DNA of 64,000 bases from Gekko japonicus (Eukaryota): assembly GCF_001447785.1 (NCBI RefSeq), contig NW_015164217.1, positions 111,577 through 175,576 of the forward strand, given 5' to 3'. Under the pieces are notes generated by a model. The model was not told the DNA's origin. It searched no databases and was given only the letters and a program-made list of their open reading frames with translations. Numbering within the stretch: position 1 is the first letter of the stretch; every line of letters begins with the position of its first letter. The position numbers and the translations under genes are program-made. Positions 11,797-23,515 of the stretch are shown one piece after another.

Positions 11797-14700
11797 NNNN
11801 NNNNNNNNNNNNNNNNNNNNNNNNNNNNNNNNNNNNNNNNNNNNNNNNNNNNNNNNNNNNNNNNNNNNNNNNNNNNNNNNNNNNNNNNNNNNNNGTTACT
11901 GCATAAATCGGTTTGCTCTGGAGCCACCCTTCCTGAGCTAAGACAAAAACGTGTGACTTGGAGGCTAAAAAACTGTGAGCTAGCTCACACTATCTCAGCT
12001 TAGAGGGAGCAGTGCTCAAGAGTGGCACCTTCAGTCAATGTTCCCTCTAAACTGAGTTAGCGTGAGCCAGCTCACAGTTTCTTAGCCTCCAACTCACACC
12101 TTTTTGCCTTCGCTCAGAAATGAGGGCTCCAGAGCCAAACTAATTGATGCAGCAGCCAAATGGCTCGCTCACAACTTTAATGCCAGTAGCTCACAAAGTT
12201 AAATTTCTGCTCACAAGACACCACAGCTTAAAGGAAGCCATTGCCTTCAGTACACCTCCAACAATCCCCCTTTCTGCCAGCCCAGTCCAGCTGCTGAATA
12301 CCACCTAGGTGACGGTGAGTCTTTCAAAGCCGTTCCCATGGACCTTTCGGAAACATGCTTTCGTGCCCGGTGGAACGGAACTCAAAAGGCATTTAAATGC
12401 CTTCTGAAGGCAGTTAAAGGTTCTCTGACCTGTTTTTTCCCCCCTAAGAACTGACACAGTGGCTGCCTTGACCCTGGAAAGGAAGGCCTGGAAACAGACA
12501 CGGAGCCTCCCCCTTTAAAGACAGGCATTCAGATTAATTTAATTACCTGTAATTTAACTTCCCCCTTAAAAATTTAAATGCCCCCCCTAACAGGGGGCAT
12601 TTTGTAGAAAAAGAGGTGCAGGAGCTCATTAGCATAACTCATTAGCATAACTTATTTGTATACACCACACCCCCTGACATCACCGGAAGTGTGTCAGAAG
12701 GCTACACCCACCGCTCAGGCGCCACTGGACTCTTTTGGATTGCTAGCTATTGGGGGGGGGGGAACGTGCAGATCTGTCCTCACAAAGGAGGGAGAGCTTG
12801 TACTTGAATAAAACTTGGTCTTAAAGGTGCCACTGGACTGTTTTGGACCGGGGGGGGGGCAGGAGGAGCTCTGCAACTTACCTGGCTGCTTCTTGCTCTG
12901 ACTGAGGGCTGCTGGGAGCAGGGGGTGGGGCTTGTTGCATGTGCCCGCCCCCTGGGCTCTTTACTGCCGGAGCTCCGCTCCTGTGCGCTCCTGCAGGAAA
13001 TGACCCCTGCCCCTGAACAAAAAATTCCTGGCTCAGACAGTGTCACCCAAGAAACCTTTATTCTTAGGAACAATCTGCCTTGGCTTGCGAGGCAGTCCTC
13101 TTGCCTTGGATCTCTGCCTCTGTGTGTCTCTGCATGCCAAGCAGCTGTTTGGGCCTGTGACCCAAAGAGCCACGCAGGACCACAGTTCAGACCGCTACCA
13201 CAGTGTCAGCAGGCCGATGTGGTTTAAATTCTCCCCACCCCTTTGCTGATCAAAAACCAGTTAAATGCAAGCACAGTTCCCCTTCTGAGGTTAACAGACA
13301 GAGGGGGAGGTAAATCAGACAGAGGGGCAACGGTTAACCTCTCCACAAATGTATCACTGCCTCCGTTTCAGTTGGAGCTTTGCAGAGAGGCTATTTCACC
13401 TGTGGGGGGGGGGGAACTGATCTCCTAACATGACACTGGGCCCTTGGTCTGTCCTGAGACATGGTTACCCACCCTTCTAACCGAGGATTGCCAACCTCCA
13501 GGTAGAGCCTGGAGATCTCCGGGAATTACAATGGATCTCCAGGCCACAGAGATCGGTTCCCCTGGAGAAAATGGCTGCTTTGGAGGGTGGCCTCTTCGGC
13601 ATAATGCCCGGCGGAGCTCCCCTTTCCCCAAACCTTGCCCTCCTTTAGACTTCACTCACAAACCTCCACGAATTTCCCAACCTGGCAACTGTAATCCCGT
13701 CGACTTCCATGGGTGTCAACTGTCAACACGAGGCCAGTGCTCCCTCTAAGCTGTGGAGTCCTGTGAGCAAAAAATCTACTTTTGTGAGCTACTTTGTGAG
13801 CGAGCGATTATTTGGCTCCTGCATAAATTAGTCTGCCCTGGAGCCACCCTTCCTGAGCTGAGACACAAATGTGTGAGCCGGAGGCTAAAAGACTGTGAGC
13901 AGGGTCGCCAGGTCCCCCCCAACCACGGGCAGGGGATGGAGGGTAAGGGTTGCCAGGGTTGGGGAAATTCTGGATATTTGGGGACAAAGCCTGGGGAGAA
14001 CAGGAACCTCAATGGGGTACAGTTCGGTGTAGTGCTTAGGAGCGGCAGACTCTAATCTGGGAGAACCGGGTTTGATTCCCCACGCTTCCGTGTACAGCTG
14101 CTGGTGTGACCTTGGGTCAGTCACAAGTTCCCTCAGAGCTGTTCTCTCTGGAGCAGTCCTCGAAAGATCTCTCAGCCCCACCTACCTCACAGGGTGTCTG
14201 TTGTGGGGAGGGGAAGGGGAAGGAGATTGTACGCGCTCTGAGACTCCTTCAGATAGTAAAGGGCAGGGTATAAATCCAATCTCTTCTTCTTCTCCTCTCT
14301 CTCTACAACATTATAGATTCCTCCCTCCAAAAGCACCCGTTTTCTCCAGGGCAACTGATCTCTGTAGTCTGGATATGAGCTGTAATTCCTGGGGGTCCCC
14401 AGGTCCCACCGGAGGCAGGCTTAAAAAACTGCAAGCAACACCCCCACCAGTGTTCCCTCTAAGCTGAGTTAGTGTGAGCTGGCTCACAGTTTTTTAGCCT
14501 CCGGCTCGCACATTTTTGTCTTATCTCAGGAAGGAGGGCTCCAGAGCAAACTAATTCATGCAGTACCCAAATCGCTCGCTCACAACTTTAATGCCAGTAG
14601 CTCACAAAGCAGAATTTTTGCTCACAAGGCTTCACAGCTTAGAGGGAACATTGACCCCCACCCCACCCCACCCCAATTTGATCCTTGATCCTACAAAACA

Positions 14701-14855
14701 AAAAGACAACCGCAATGCAAGGCCTGTGCAATGCCGTTTCCTGGCGTCCAAGCCGCGTTCTCCCCACCCCATTTCGCTGACCAAAACCCAGCCTTGCTGG
14801 TAGACAGAAGGAAGCAATGGGGTATTTTCATGCATAAGCCGGTAGCAAGACGCGG

Positions 14856-15358
14856 AAATGTCAGCGGATACAATTTGCTATCCTACCAAACCCAAAAGAT
14901 TCAAATTTGGGCCCAGAGACCCTAATGGAAAACCCATTCCGCATTTTTATTGCAACTCTACTTGTGCCCTAATCTTTTCCAATGGAGCCCAGGCAGGTCA
15001 ATAGCATTCCTGGCTCCCATTATTTCCAATGGGCCTTCCGGCGTCTCCCATTGTTTCCAATGGGCAATCCTGTCCTTCCTTTTAGTACATCCCCGAAACG
15101 GGGATCTACGAAATGTCAGCGGATGCAATCTGCTATCCTACCAAACCCAAAAGATTCAAATTTGGGCCCAGAGACCCTAATGGAAAACCCATTCCGCGTT
15201 TTTATTGCAACTCTACTTGTGCCCTAATCTTTTCCAAGGGAGCCCAGGCAAGTCAATTGGCAATCCTGGCTCCCATTATTTCCAATGGGCCTTCCAGCGT
15301 CTCCCATTGTTTCCAATGGGCAGTCCTGTCCTTCCTTTTAGTACATCCCCGAAACGGG
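14856..15358. repeat. Direct tandem duplication, ~255-bp unit, 2 copies
   Basis: aaatgtcagcggat...catccccgaaacggg starts at both 14856 and 15111 with few substitutions. Confidence 0.9.
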
Positions 15359-15369
15359 CTATTAGGAAT

Positions 15370-15760
15370 AGGGCGGATCGGGCGCGGATGGAGGGCGCTC
15401 TGCGACCGCACCCGACGGCACCTATTCCAGGGCGCAGAGAGACCCACCCGCCCCTTTTAATCCTCTCCGCACCTGCTAACCAGCGACCCCCGTCGGCTCC
15501 AGCGGATTACCGGCGCCGCTCCTCTTTGTCTACCGATCGCCGCCCGGAAACGTCAGAAGGAGGCGGCTTCGGAGGAAGAGGAGGAGCCGCGTCCTTCTGC
15601 CTCCGACCCCCGTAGGTTTCTGTTTCCCCGGCTGCGCTCAAGGGGCGTCTCTTGCGCGCTACCCCGGGGGAGGCAGGAGGGGATCTGCGCCAAAAGGATC
15701 GGCCGGCCGCACCGGGCGGGCAAAGGTAGGGGTCGCCAACCTCTCCGGGTGGGTAAATGG
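15370..15760. promoter_or_regulatory. CpG island between the two divergent IRG genes (candidate promoter/non-coding first exon)
   Basis: CpG-dense unique sequence with GC boxes (GGGCGG at ~15371), ETS-like CCGGAA at ~15544 and ISRE-like GGTTTCTGTTTCCC at 15615-15628. Confidence 0.6.
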
Positions 15761-18700
15761 CAAAAGATCCACGAGCAGGTATAAAGAAAACCAAAATATT
15801 AGTAATTTGGTGGTGGTGGTTTGAACCTCCAGGCGGGGCCTGGAGATCTCCGGGCGGCAGAGATCAGCTCCCCTGGAGGAAAGGGGTGCTTTGGTCGCTC
15901 CCCTGCCCGAACCTTGCCTCGCCCCGGAAGGCGTTGTCAACCTCCAGGTGGCACCAGGAGATCTCCCGCGATTGCAATTGAGCTCCAGGCGACCGGGATC
16001 AGTTCCCCTGGAGGAAATGGCTGCCTTGGAGGGTGGACTCCGTGATACTGTAGACAGGTGGGGTCCCTGGTTCCCCAAATCCCCCCTCCCCAGGCTCCCC
16101 ACACACCCCCCCCAAATCTCCAGGTATTTTCCAGCCCATTGCTGGCATCCCTATCCTCAGGTCTCCAGGAATCTGCCAACCCTAGGTAAAGGATATGTCA
16201 GGAAAGGGGGTGGCTGGGGGCCAGAACCTCAGTGGGGAGGGGGGTTAGGTAGGGGAAAGGGGCTCCAGAGCCGGGACACGCCTGGGTCCTTTTGGAGAAA
16301 AGGGGTTGGGCGGGGCTCTCTCCTGGGTTCTCAGGTTTGCTGGTGGAGGGAGACAAAAGGAGTTGTTTTCTTTCATTTCCCAGGCCAGCGCAGCAGCAGG
16401 AAATACTAGCCGGGTTTTTTTTGGTTCTTGGAAGGGGGTCATGGTTGGGTGGTTTGGTTTTACTTCCTCTAGAAAGGGCGGATTCTAAGGTTCCCCCAAA
16501 CTCTTCCCTTTCCGGGCTGGTCTCTCTTCCCTTTAGCTAGGTCTCTTTCCTTTGAGCTCTGTTAGGTTGGAAGTCGGCTGGCGGAGCTTAAAACTACAGT
16601 GAGGTAAAGGTAAAGGTTCCCTTGCTGGAAAGCCAGTCGAATCCGACTCTAGGGTTGCGGTGCTCATCTCCGTTTCCAAGCCGAAGAGCCAGCGCTGTCC
16701 GAAGACATTTCCGTGGTCATGTGGCTGGCATGACTAAACACCAAGGCACATGGAACGCTGATCCCTTTTCACCGAAGTGGTACCTATTTAAAAGGTAAAG
16801 GTAAAGGTTCCCTTGCTCGAAAGCCAGTCGAATCCAACTCTAGGGTTGTGGTGCTCATCTCCGTTTCCAAGCCGAAGAGCCAGCGCTATCCGAAGACGTT
16901 TCCGTGGTCTGTGGCCGGCATGACTAAACACCAAGGCGCACGGAACGCTGTTCCCTTTTCACCGAAGTGGTACCTATTTATCTACTTGCAATTTCTTGCT
17001 TTCGAACTGCTAGGTTGGCAGGAGCTGGAACTAGAGACGGGAGCTCACTCCGTCATGTGGCACACTCGGGTCTCGAACTGCTGAACTACCGACCTTCCAC
17101 AGCCTGCAGTTCAGCATCTTAACCACTTGAGCCACCGCAACTCCAAAACTACAGTACCCAGCCGATTTCATCCTACCCATTACCTACCCAGCTGCCTCAA
17201 TGCCCAATTAATACACAGGTGCTTTAAAAAAAAAATGTAATGGGTTTCTGGGAAGAGCTGGTGGCTGAAGCTCTTGGAGGGAGTGTTGCAAACGTTCCCT
17301 CTAAGCTGTGGAGTCTTGTGAGCAAAAATTCTACTTTGTGAGCTACTGGCATGAAAGTTGTGAGCGAGGGATTTGGCTACTGCATAAATTAGTTTGCTCT
17401 GGAGCCCTCCTTCCTGAGCGAAGACAAGAATGTGTGAGCCGGAGGCTAAAAACCTGTGAGCTAGCTCACACTGACTCAGCTTAGAGGGAACACTGGTGTT
17501 GACCCCCCCCTCTTGGGGCTGCGTTTGCATTTATCTATAGCCCCCTTTTCTCCCTGGTTGGGACTAAAGCAGCTTAGAAGATCGTTTTCCCCTCTCCCAG
17601 TGCTCCTGCAACCACAACCCTGTCAGGTAAGCCAAAGGGGGAGTTTGTGACTGGCCCAAGATCACCCTGCGAGCGTCTGTGAGAGAAGCGGGGATTCGAA
17701 TCTGGGTTACCCAGTGTCCATGACTGTATCTGCGACATCACACCGGCTTCCAGGGTTGACCTGAAGGACTAGTAACTCGGGGCTTTCTCGCATGCAGTTT
17801 CCTGAAATGGAACTGGATCGAGTGAAAACAGGGCTTTGCTGCCGTTGAGACTGCAGATTTGGCTTAGCTCGCCTTCCGATTTTTTAAAACAAAAGAACCC
17901 ACCACCTATCTTGGTGGCAGAGGGAGGAGACTTACCACATTCTGCTTTTTAGCAGAGCAACAGGCAGGAATCCGACAGGTCCAGTATGCACTTTGTGACT
18001 GCAGTGTTCCCTCTAAGCTGAGTTAGTGTGAGCGACCTCACCGTTTTTTAGCCTCCGGCTCACACGTTTTTGTCTCAGCTCAGGAAGGGACGGCTCCCGA
18101 GCAAACTAATTGATGCAGCAGCCAAATGGCTCGCTCACAACTTGAATGCCGGCAGCTCACAAAGTAGAATTTTTGCTCACAAGTCTCCGCAGCTTAGAGG
18201 GAGCCTTGGCTGGGACTGCCTCTCTCTGGCACTGCAAAAAAGAATCTCGGTGCAGGAAGATGAACAGGAAAGCAGGCAACAAAAGAGAGAAGAGAAGGCT
18301 TGAGAAACAACTGTCCGGGACTCCCTATGGGGCCTCACCTGACACGTGGAAAAAACTCTCTCTCTCTCTCTCTCTCTCTCACCCAGGGCTATTTTTGGGC
18401 AGGAACGCACAGGAACGGAGTTCCAGCTGGCTCCCAAGTTGGCCACGCCCAGCAGGAACTCATTCGCATAATAGGCCACACCCAACAGCAGGAACTCATT
18501 AGGATTGGCTACATTAGGGGTGTGTGGCCTAACATGCAAAGGAGTTCCTGCTACAAAAAAACCCCTGGGTTTTGACAACAAACAAGGTAAACAGAATAAC
18601 AAGCAAAAGGTGGGTGTGGCTGGATGACCACACTTCTGGTAACATGGGGGGTGCGGCCTAATGTGCTAATGAGCTGTTCTGTCAGGGTGTCGCCTAATAT

Positions 18701-18839
18701 GCTAATGAGTTCCTGCTGTTGGGTGTGGCCTATTATGCTAATGAGTTCCTGCTGGGCTTTTTCTACAAAAAGAGCCCTGGTCACCCATCCGCTGTGCTGC
18801 ATAACACGCCCTTTCTTCATTCTCCCCGCAGTTTCCATC

Positions 18840-19522
18840 ATGGCCTGTTTGGACGAATCACAGCTGAGAAACCTCAAGGCCCAGTACGAGGCCCAGAATG
18901 CCAAGGGCACTGCCTCCCAAATCCAGGAGCTGGTGGATTGCGTTACCACCCTCAAGATAAAGGTTGGCTTCTTGGGGGGGCGCGGAGCAGGGGTGAGCAC
19001 GCTGGTCCAGGCTCTGTTGGATAAACCTCGCCGGGTGAACGATCCCTGGGCTTACTTCCGGGAGACTCCAGAGCCCACCAAACAGCTGGAGGCGCACGTC
19101 CATCCGACCTACCCCAACCTCACCCTGTGCGACCTCCCCGGCTTCGAAGCGTCCGAGAAGCCGGCCGCGTATCTCAAGCGCTTGGGCGACCTGAGCAAGT
19201 ACAGCTGCTTCGTGGTGGTGGTGAGCGGAAGCTTGGGAGACACCCACCTGCAGGTCATGAAGGCCGTCAAGCAGAAGGGGAAGACCTGCCTCCTGGCGCG
19301 CACCAAAGTGGACTTGGATCTGCACACGGCCAAGAGGCGGCTCCGCTTCAAGTACAACCCCGGCGAGCGACTGGGCCTGATCCGGAAGGAGCTGACGGAG
19401 ACGTTGGCCAACCACCGGATGGACACCAAGAAGGTCTTCCTGGTGTCGGGGCTAGAGGCGGAGAAATACGAGTTCAGATACTTTGAGGACGGCTTGGAAG
19501 GGGAGGTGCTCAGCTTGAAGAG
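18840..19522 (+). CDS. Two-domain immunity-related GTPase (IRG / interferon-inducible GTPase 5-like), coding exon 1: degenerate GTPase module
   Basis: Within ORF 18624..19526, whose first ~50 codons are MITE sequence. Acceptor tctccccgcag| at 18831, ATG at 18840, donor AG|gtgagg at 19522 (683 nt, phase 2). Motifs GGRGAGVS (G1, K to V), HPTYPNLTLCDLPG (G3), RTKVD (G4), FLVSG (G5). Confidence 0.85.
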
Positions 19523-21721
19523 GTGAGGAAGGAAGGAAGGAAGGGGGCGGGGGGGAACCTTGGGGATACCAAAGCTTCTGGGATTTTGAGAAGCTTCGCA
19601 CCAGAAATACCAAAACTAACTTGAACATATATATATATATATATGAAGTTGTCTTGATCTGGATCAGACCCTTGGTCCATCAAGGTTAGTATTTTCTACT
19701 CAGACTGACAGTGGCTTTCTAGGATCTTAGGCCGACCTCTTTCACATCACTTATTATTATTATTATTATTACTGTTGTTGTTATCATCATCATCAACAAA
19801 ACAACAACAACAATAATAAAATTAAACTTATGACTCGCCCAATCCTCGCTACCGCAGGGCTCTGAGCGATGTACAACACACAGGGGTCATTTTGTAGAAA
19901 AAGAGGTGCAGGAGCTCATTAGCATAACTCATTAGCATAACTTATTTGCATATGCCACACCCCCTGACATCACCCGAAGTGCCTGCCGCTCAGGCTTCAT
20001 TGGACTGTTTTGGATTGCTAGCTATTGGGGGGGGGGACGCGCAGATCTGTCCTCACAGAGGAGGGAAAGCTTGTACCTGAATAAAACTTGGTCTTAAAGG
20101 TGCCACTGGACTGTTTTGGACCAGGGGGGGCTCTGCAACTTACCTGGCTGCTTCTTGGTCTGACTGAGGGCTGCTGGGAGCAGGGGGTGGGGCTTGTTGC
20201 ATGTGCCCGCCCCCTGGGCTCTGTACTGCCGGAGCTCCGCTCCTGTGCGCGCCTGCAGGAAATGACCTCTGACAACACATAATAAAAAGATTAAAACCAT
20301 AAAGTAAGCACCTCAATAATGTTAATCCAGCAATCCAAAAAATATCAAGTGGTGAAATGACAGTTTCTTCCCAATTCCGGATTGCGGCTACCTCGTGGGT
20401 ATGGGGATGAGGAATAAAATAATCTGGTGGAAAGAGAGGAGGAGGGCGCCAGCCAAGATGGAAGCTGTCGCTGTCCTCAACCAAAGGTCCTTTTAAGTAG
20501 AGATGCTGGGGACTGAACCTGGGACCTTCGGCATGCCAAAAAATATGCTTTGCTGCTGAGCCACGGCCCCTCCCTAACAAAGGAACACACGAAGCCGCCT
20601 TATACTGAATCCGACCACTGATGTATCATAGTATTGTCTGCTCAGACTGACAGCGGTTCTCCTGGGTCTCAGGCAGAGGGTCTTTCACATCACCTAAGAC
20701 AGGGATGTCAAACATAAGGCCTGGGGGCCGGAACTGGCCCATCTATGGCTTTTATGTGGCCCGCGAGCCACTGGTGTAAACGAGGGAGTGTTGGGGGGGA
20801 GTGGGGGGAGCCATTCGATTGTGGCTTCAACCCAGCAGAAGAACCTCATCTGCAGCAGTCAAGCATCGTGGGGGTATCTGCCCAGTGCTGCACTGCTACC
20901 TCTCCAGTCCACCCATGTGGGTTTTCCTCTGCAACCCCCCCCCAGTCTAAGGGATCTTGCAGGGAGAATACACCAACTTGGAGCTTACGAGCCGCTGTCT
21001 TATATGCACAATTTATATCTCTGGTACCTGGCATTACATTTTATGGCACACATGGCCCAGCCCGAGAAAGTGACATTTATGTTAGATCCGGCCCTCCTAA
21101 CAACTGAGTTTGACACCTCCGCTGTAGATAGTTTGAAATACCCCTGTCTGAGACCCTAAAGAGCCACTGTCAGTCAGATTAGGCGATATTGTCTTTGAGA
21201 GACCAGTGGGTTGACTGAGTGGAAGGCAGCTTCACGTGCTCTCATTAAGGAAAGGGGCTGTGACTCCATAGTAGAGCATCTGCCTGGTATGCAGAGGGTC
21301 CCACATTTCATCCCAGGCATCTTCATAATAATAATAATAATAATAACTTATGAACCGCCCAATCCCCATTACCTCTGACCTAAGACCTGATTCTTTGAAC
21401 TGGGGATACCAGGGATTGAACCTGGGGCCATCGGCATGTCAAGCAGAGGCTCATTCCACCGTCACACAGTCCCTCCCCCAAATTTCATTGAGAATTGAGA
21501 CCTTGAGAATTAAGATCTCCATCAGAGGCCTTTTCTCAGGTTCCCCCTTCGTTCGAGGCGAGGCGGGTGGGTTGAACAAGGCAGGGACTTCTCGGTGGTG
21601 GCACCCTGGCATTCGAATGCTCTTTGCCCGGTGCCAGACCTTATTGGTTTCTGGCCCTGGACTAAGGCTTGAAGAGACAGTGAGCTGTTTGTCACCCCCC
21701 TTCTCCATGTTTTCTTCCTAG

Positions 21722-22889
21722 GAGCCATGGCGGGGACCTGGAAGACGTGACCGCCGTGAGCCCAAAGAAGATCGAAGAGCTGTACAACATCTGCCAGAGC
21801 GGCAGCTTGGCAGAAGTCCCGGGTGTGATCTCCTCGGCCCTGGAAGAGCCCTCGCAGATCCGTCTGGACGTCGCCGTGATCGGAGAAGCCGGTTGCGGGA
21901 AGTCCTCGCTGGTCAACGCCCTGAGAGGCGTGGCCGCTGGAGAGTCGGGTGCGGCCCCCACTGGGGTGACCGGGACGACGAGGAAAGCCACCGTCTACCC
22001 GCTTCCGCTCGTCCCCTACCTGTACCTCTGGGACCTGCCGGGAGTCGGAGTGACGGAGGAGGACGTGAGGCACCTGGACCTCAGCCGCTACGACTTCTTT
22101 CTCCTGGTGGCCTCCGAGCGCTATAAGCACGCCCACAGCTGCTTGGCCAGGGCCATCGCCGCAGCCGGGAAGGAGGCTTTCTTCGTACGAAGCAAGATAG
22201 ACGTGGACCTGGAGACCCGGCCCGGGAGCCAGCCCATCCCTAAAGAAGAGCTGCAGGAACAGGTGCGGGAGAGCTGCGCGGAGGCCCTGAAGAAGGACGG
22301 CGTCCTCTCCCCACAGGTCTTCCTGGTCTCCAGCCTCGCCCAGGAGGCCTACGATCTCCCCCTCCTCCAGGAAGCCCTGAGCCGTAGCGCTCCCGACCTG
22401 AAGAGGAAAGCTCTGCGGAGAGCCATCCCGACCGTCCTCTCCCGGCTGGTGAGGCGGAAGTCCAAAGTGCTGATGAAGGACGTGTGGGTGAAGGCCCTGG
22501 AGGTCTGCCTCTGCTGCGTGGAGAAGCCGGACCAGGACGTGACCAAGAACCTCATGACCAACATCGCCAGCTTCTGCATAGACCTTGGCCTGGACCAGGA
22601 GTCCTTGGCGCTCACCGCACAGGTCACCGGCAAAGCACTCAGGCTGCTTCAGGATCAGATCCGAAGCCCCTTCGCTAAGCCGCTGGACTCCGAATACGTG
22701 CTGAGTCTCATCGTCAAGCCGGTCTCGCTGTTCACGTGGGCTTGGGACTACGTGCCGTTCCACGGCCGGGGGACCAACCCGGAACCCGAGATCTCCTTCG
22801 AGTCCACTTATGGGATGTTGAAGCAAGTCGTGGTGGAACTGTCGGAGGATGCGGAGCGGGTGCTTCACGCAGCGCTTGTGGAAGGATAG
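21722..22889 (+). CDS. Two-domain IRG, coding exon 2: complete IRGC-like GTPase domain plus C-terminal helical region
   Basis: Acceptor ttttcttcctag| at 21721, in frame with ORF 21747..22889 via AG+G=Arg. Motifs GEAGCGKS, TGVTGTT, WDLPG, RSKID, FLVSS; TAG at 22887-22889. Joined CDS is 1851 nt = 616 aa. Confidence 0.9.
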
Positions 22890-23045
22890 AGCTGGGCGGG
22901 GAATTTGGGGGGGGGGAGGTTCAGTAATAGCAGCAACAGACCCGCCTGCCCCTCTGCCTTAAGGACAGCTGTTGTTTGGAAACTGGGGTGGATGAGTCAA
23001 GATCAGTGGGTCTGAGTACAATGCCGTACGATGGGTTGAATCACT

Positions 23046-23515
23046 CAGATCCGATCCGCTAGCGGGAGTGGTTTTCCGCTGGTGGAAGGCAACATCCCGA
23101 AGCAAGATGCTCGGAAGGGTCTCTGCCTTCGGGGGAAAGTCGCTTCCGCTGGAGGAAAGCTCCTCGACTAGTGAAACAGATCCAGGGGATCCAACCTGTT
23201 GGTACGAAAATGGGATTTTGAGGGCCAAGCAAACTTGTTTTATACGCCAGGGGGACTTGGTTCTCGAAAGTGCAGAGAAAGATCCTTGGATGGGTTGGAT
23301 CGGTCAGATCCGATCCGCTAGCAGAAGTGGTTTTCGTCTGGTGGAAGGCAACATCCCGAAGCAAGATGCTTGGAAGGGTCTCCTTCAGGGGGAGGTTACT
23401 TCCACTGGAGGAAAGCTCCTCGACTAGCGGAGCGGATCCAGAGGATCCAACCTGTTGATGCGGAAATGGGATTCTGAAGGCCAAGCAAACTTGTTTATAT
23501 GCTAGGGGGACTTGG
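23046..23515. repeat. Direct tandem duplication (~260 bp) downstream of the plus-strand IRG stop codon
   Basis: cagatccgatccgctagc...ggatccaacctgtt...ggccaagcaaacttgttt...gggggacttgg occurs at ~23046 and ~23305. Confidence 0.85.

Noticed and set aside
18624-18839. N-terminal extension of the 300-aa ORF (MTTLLVTWG...CCWVWPIMLM)
   Set aside because: Translated MITE and intron sequence; a good acceptor at 18831 and ATG at 18840 give the likely start.
21522-22868. 448-aa minus-strand ORF
   Set aside because: Antisense shadow of the GC-rich IRG exon, with no motifs of its own.
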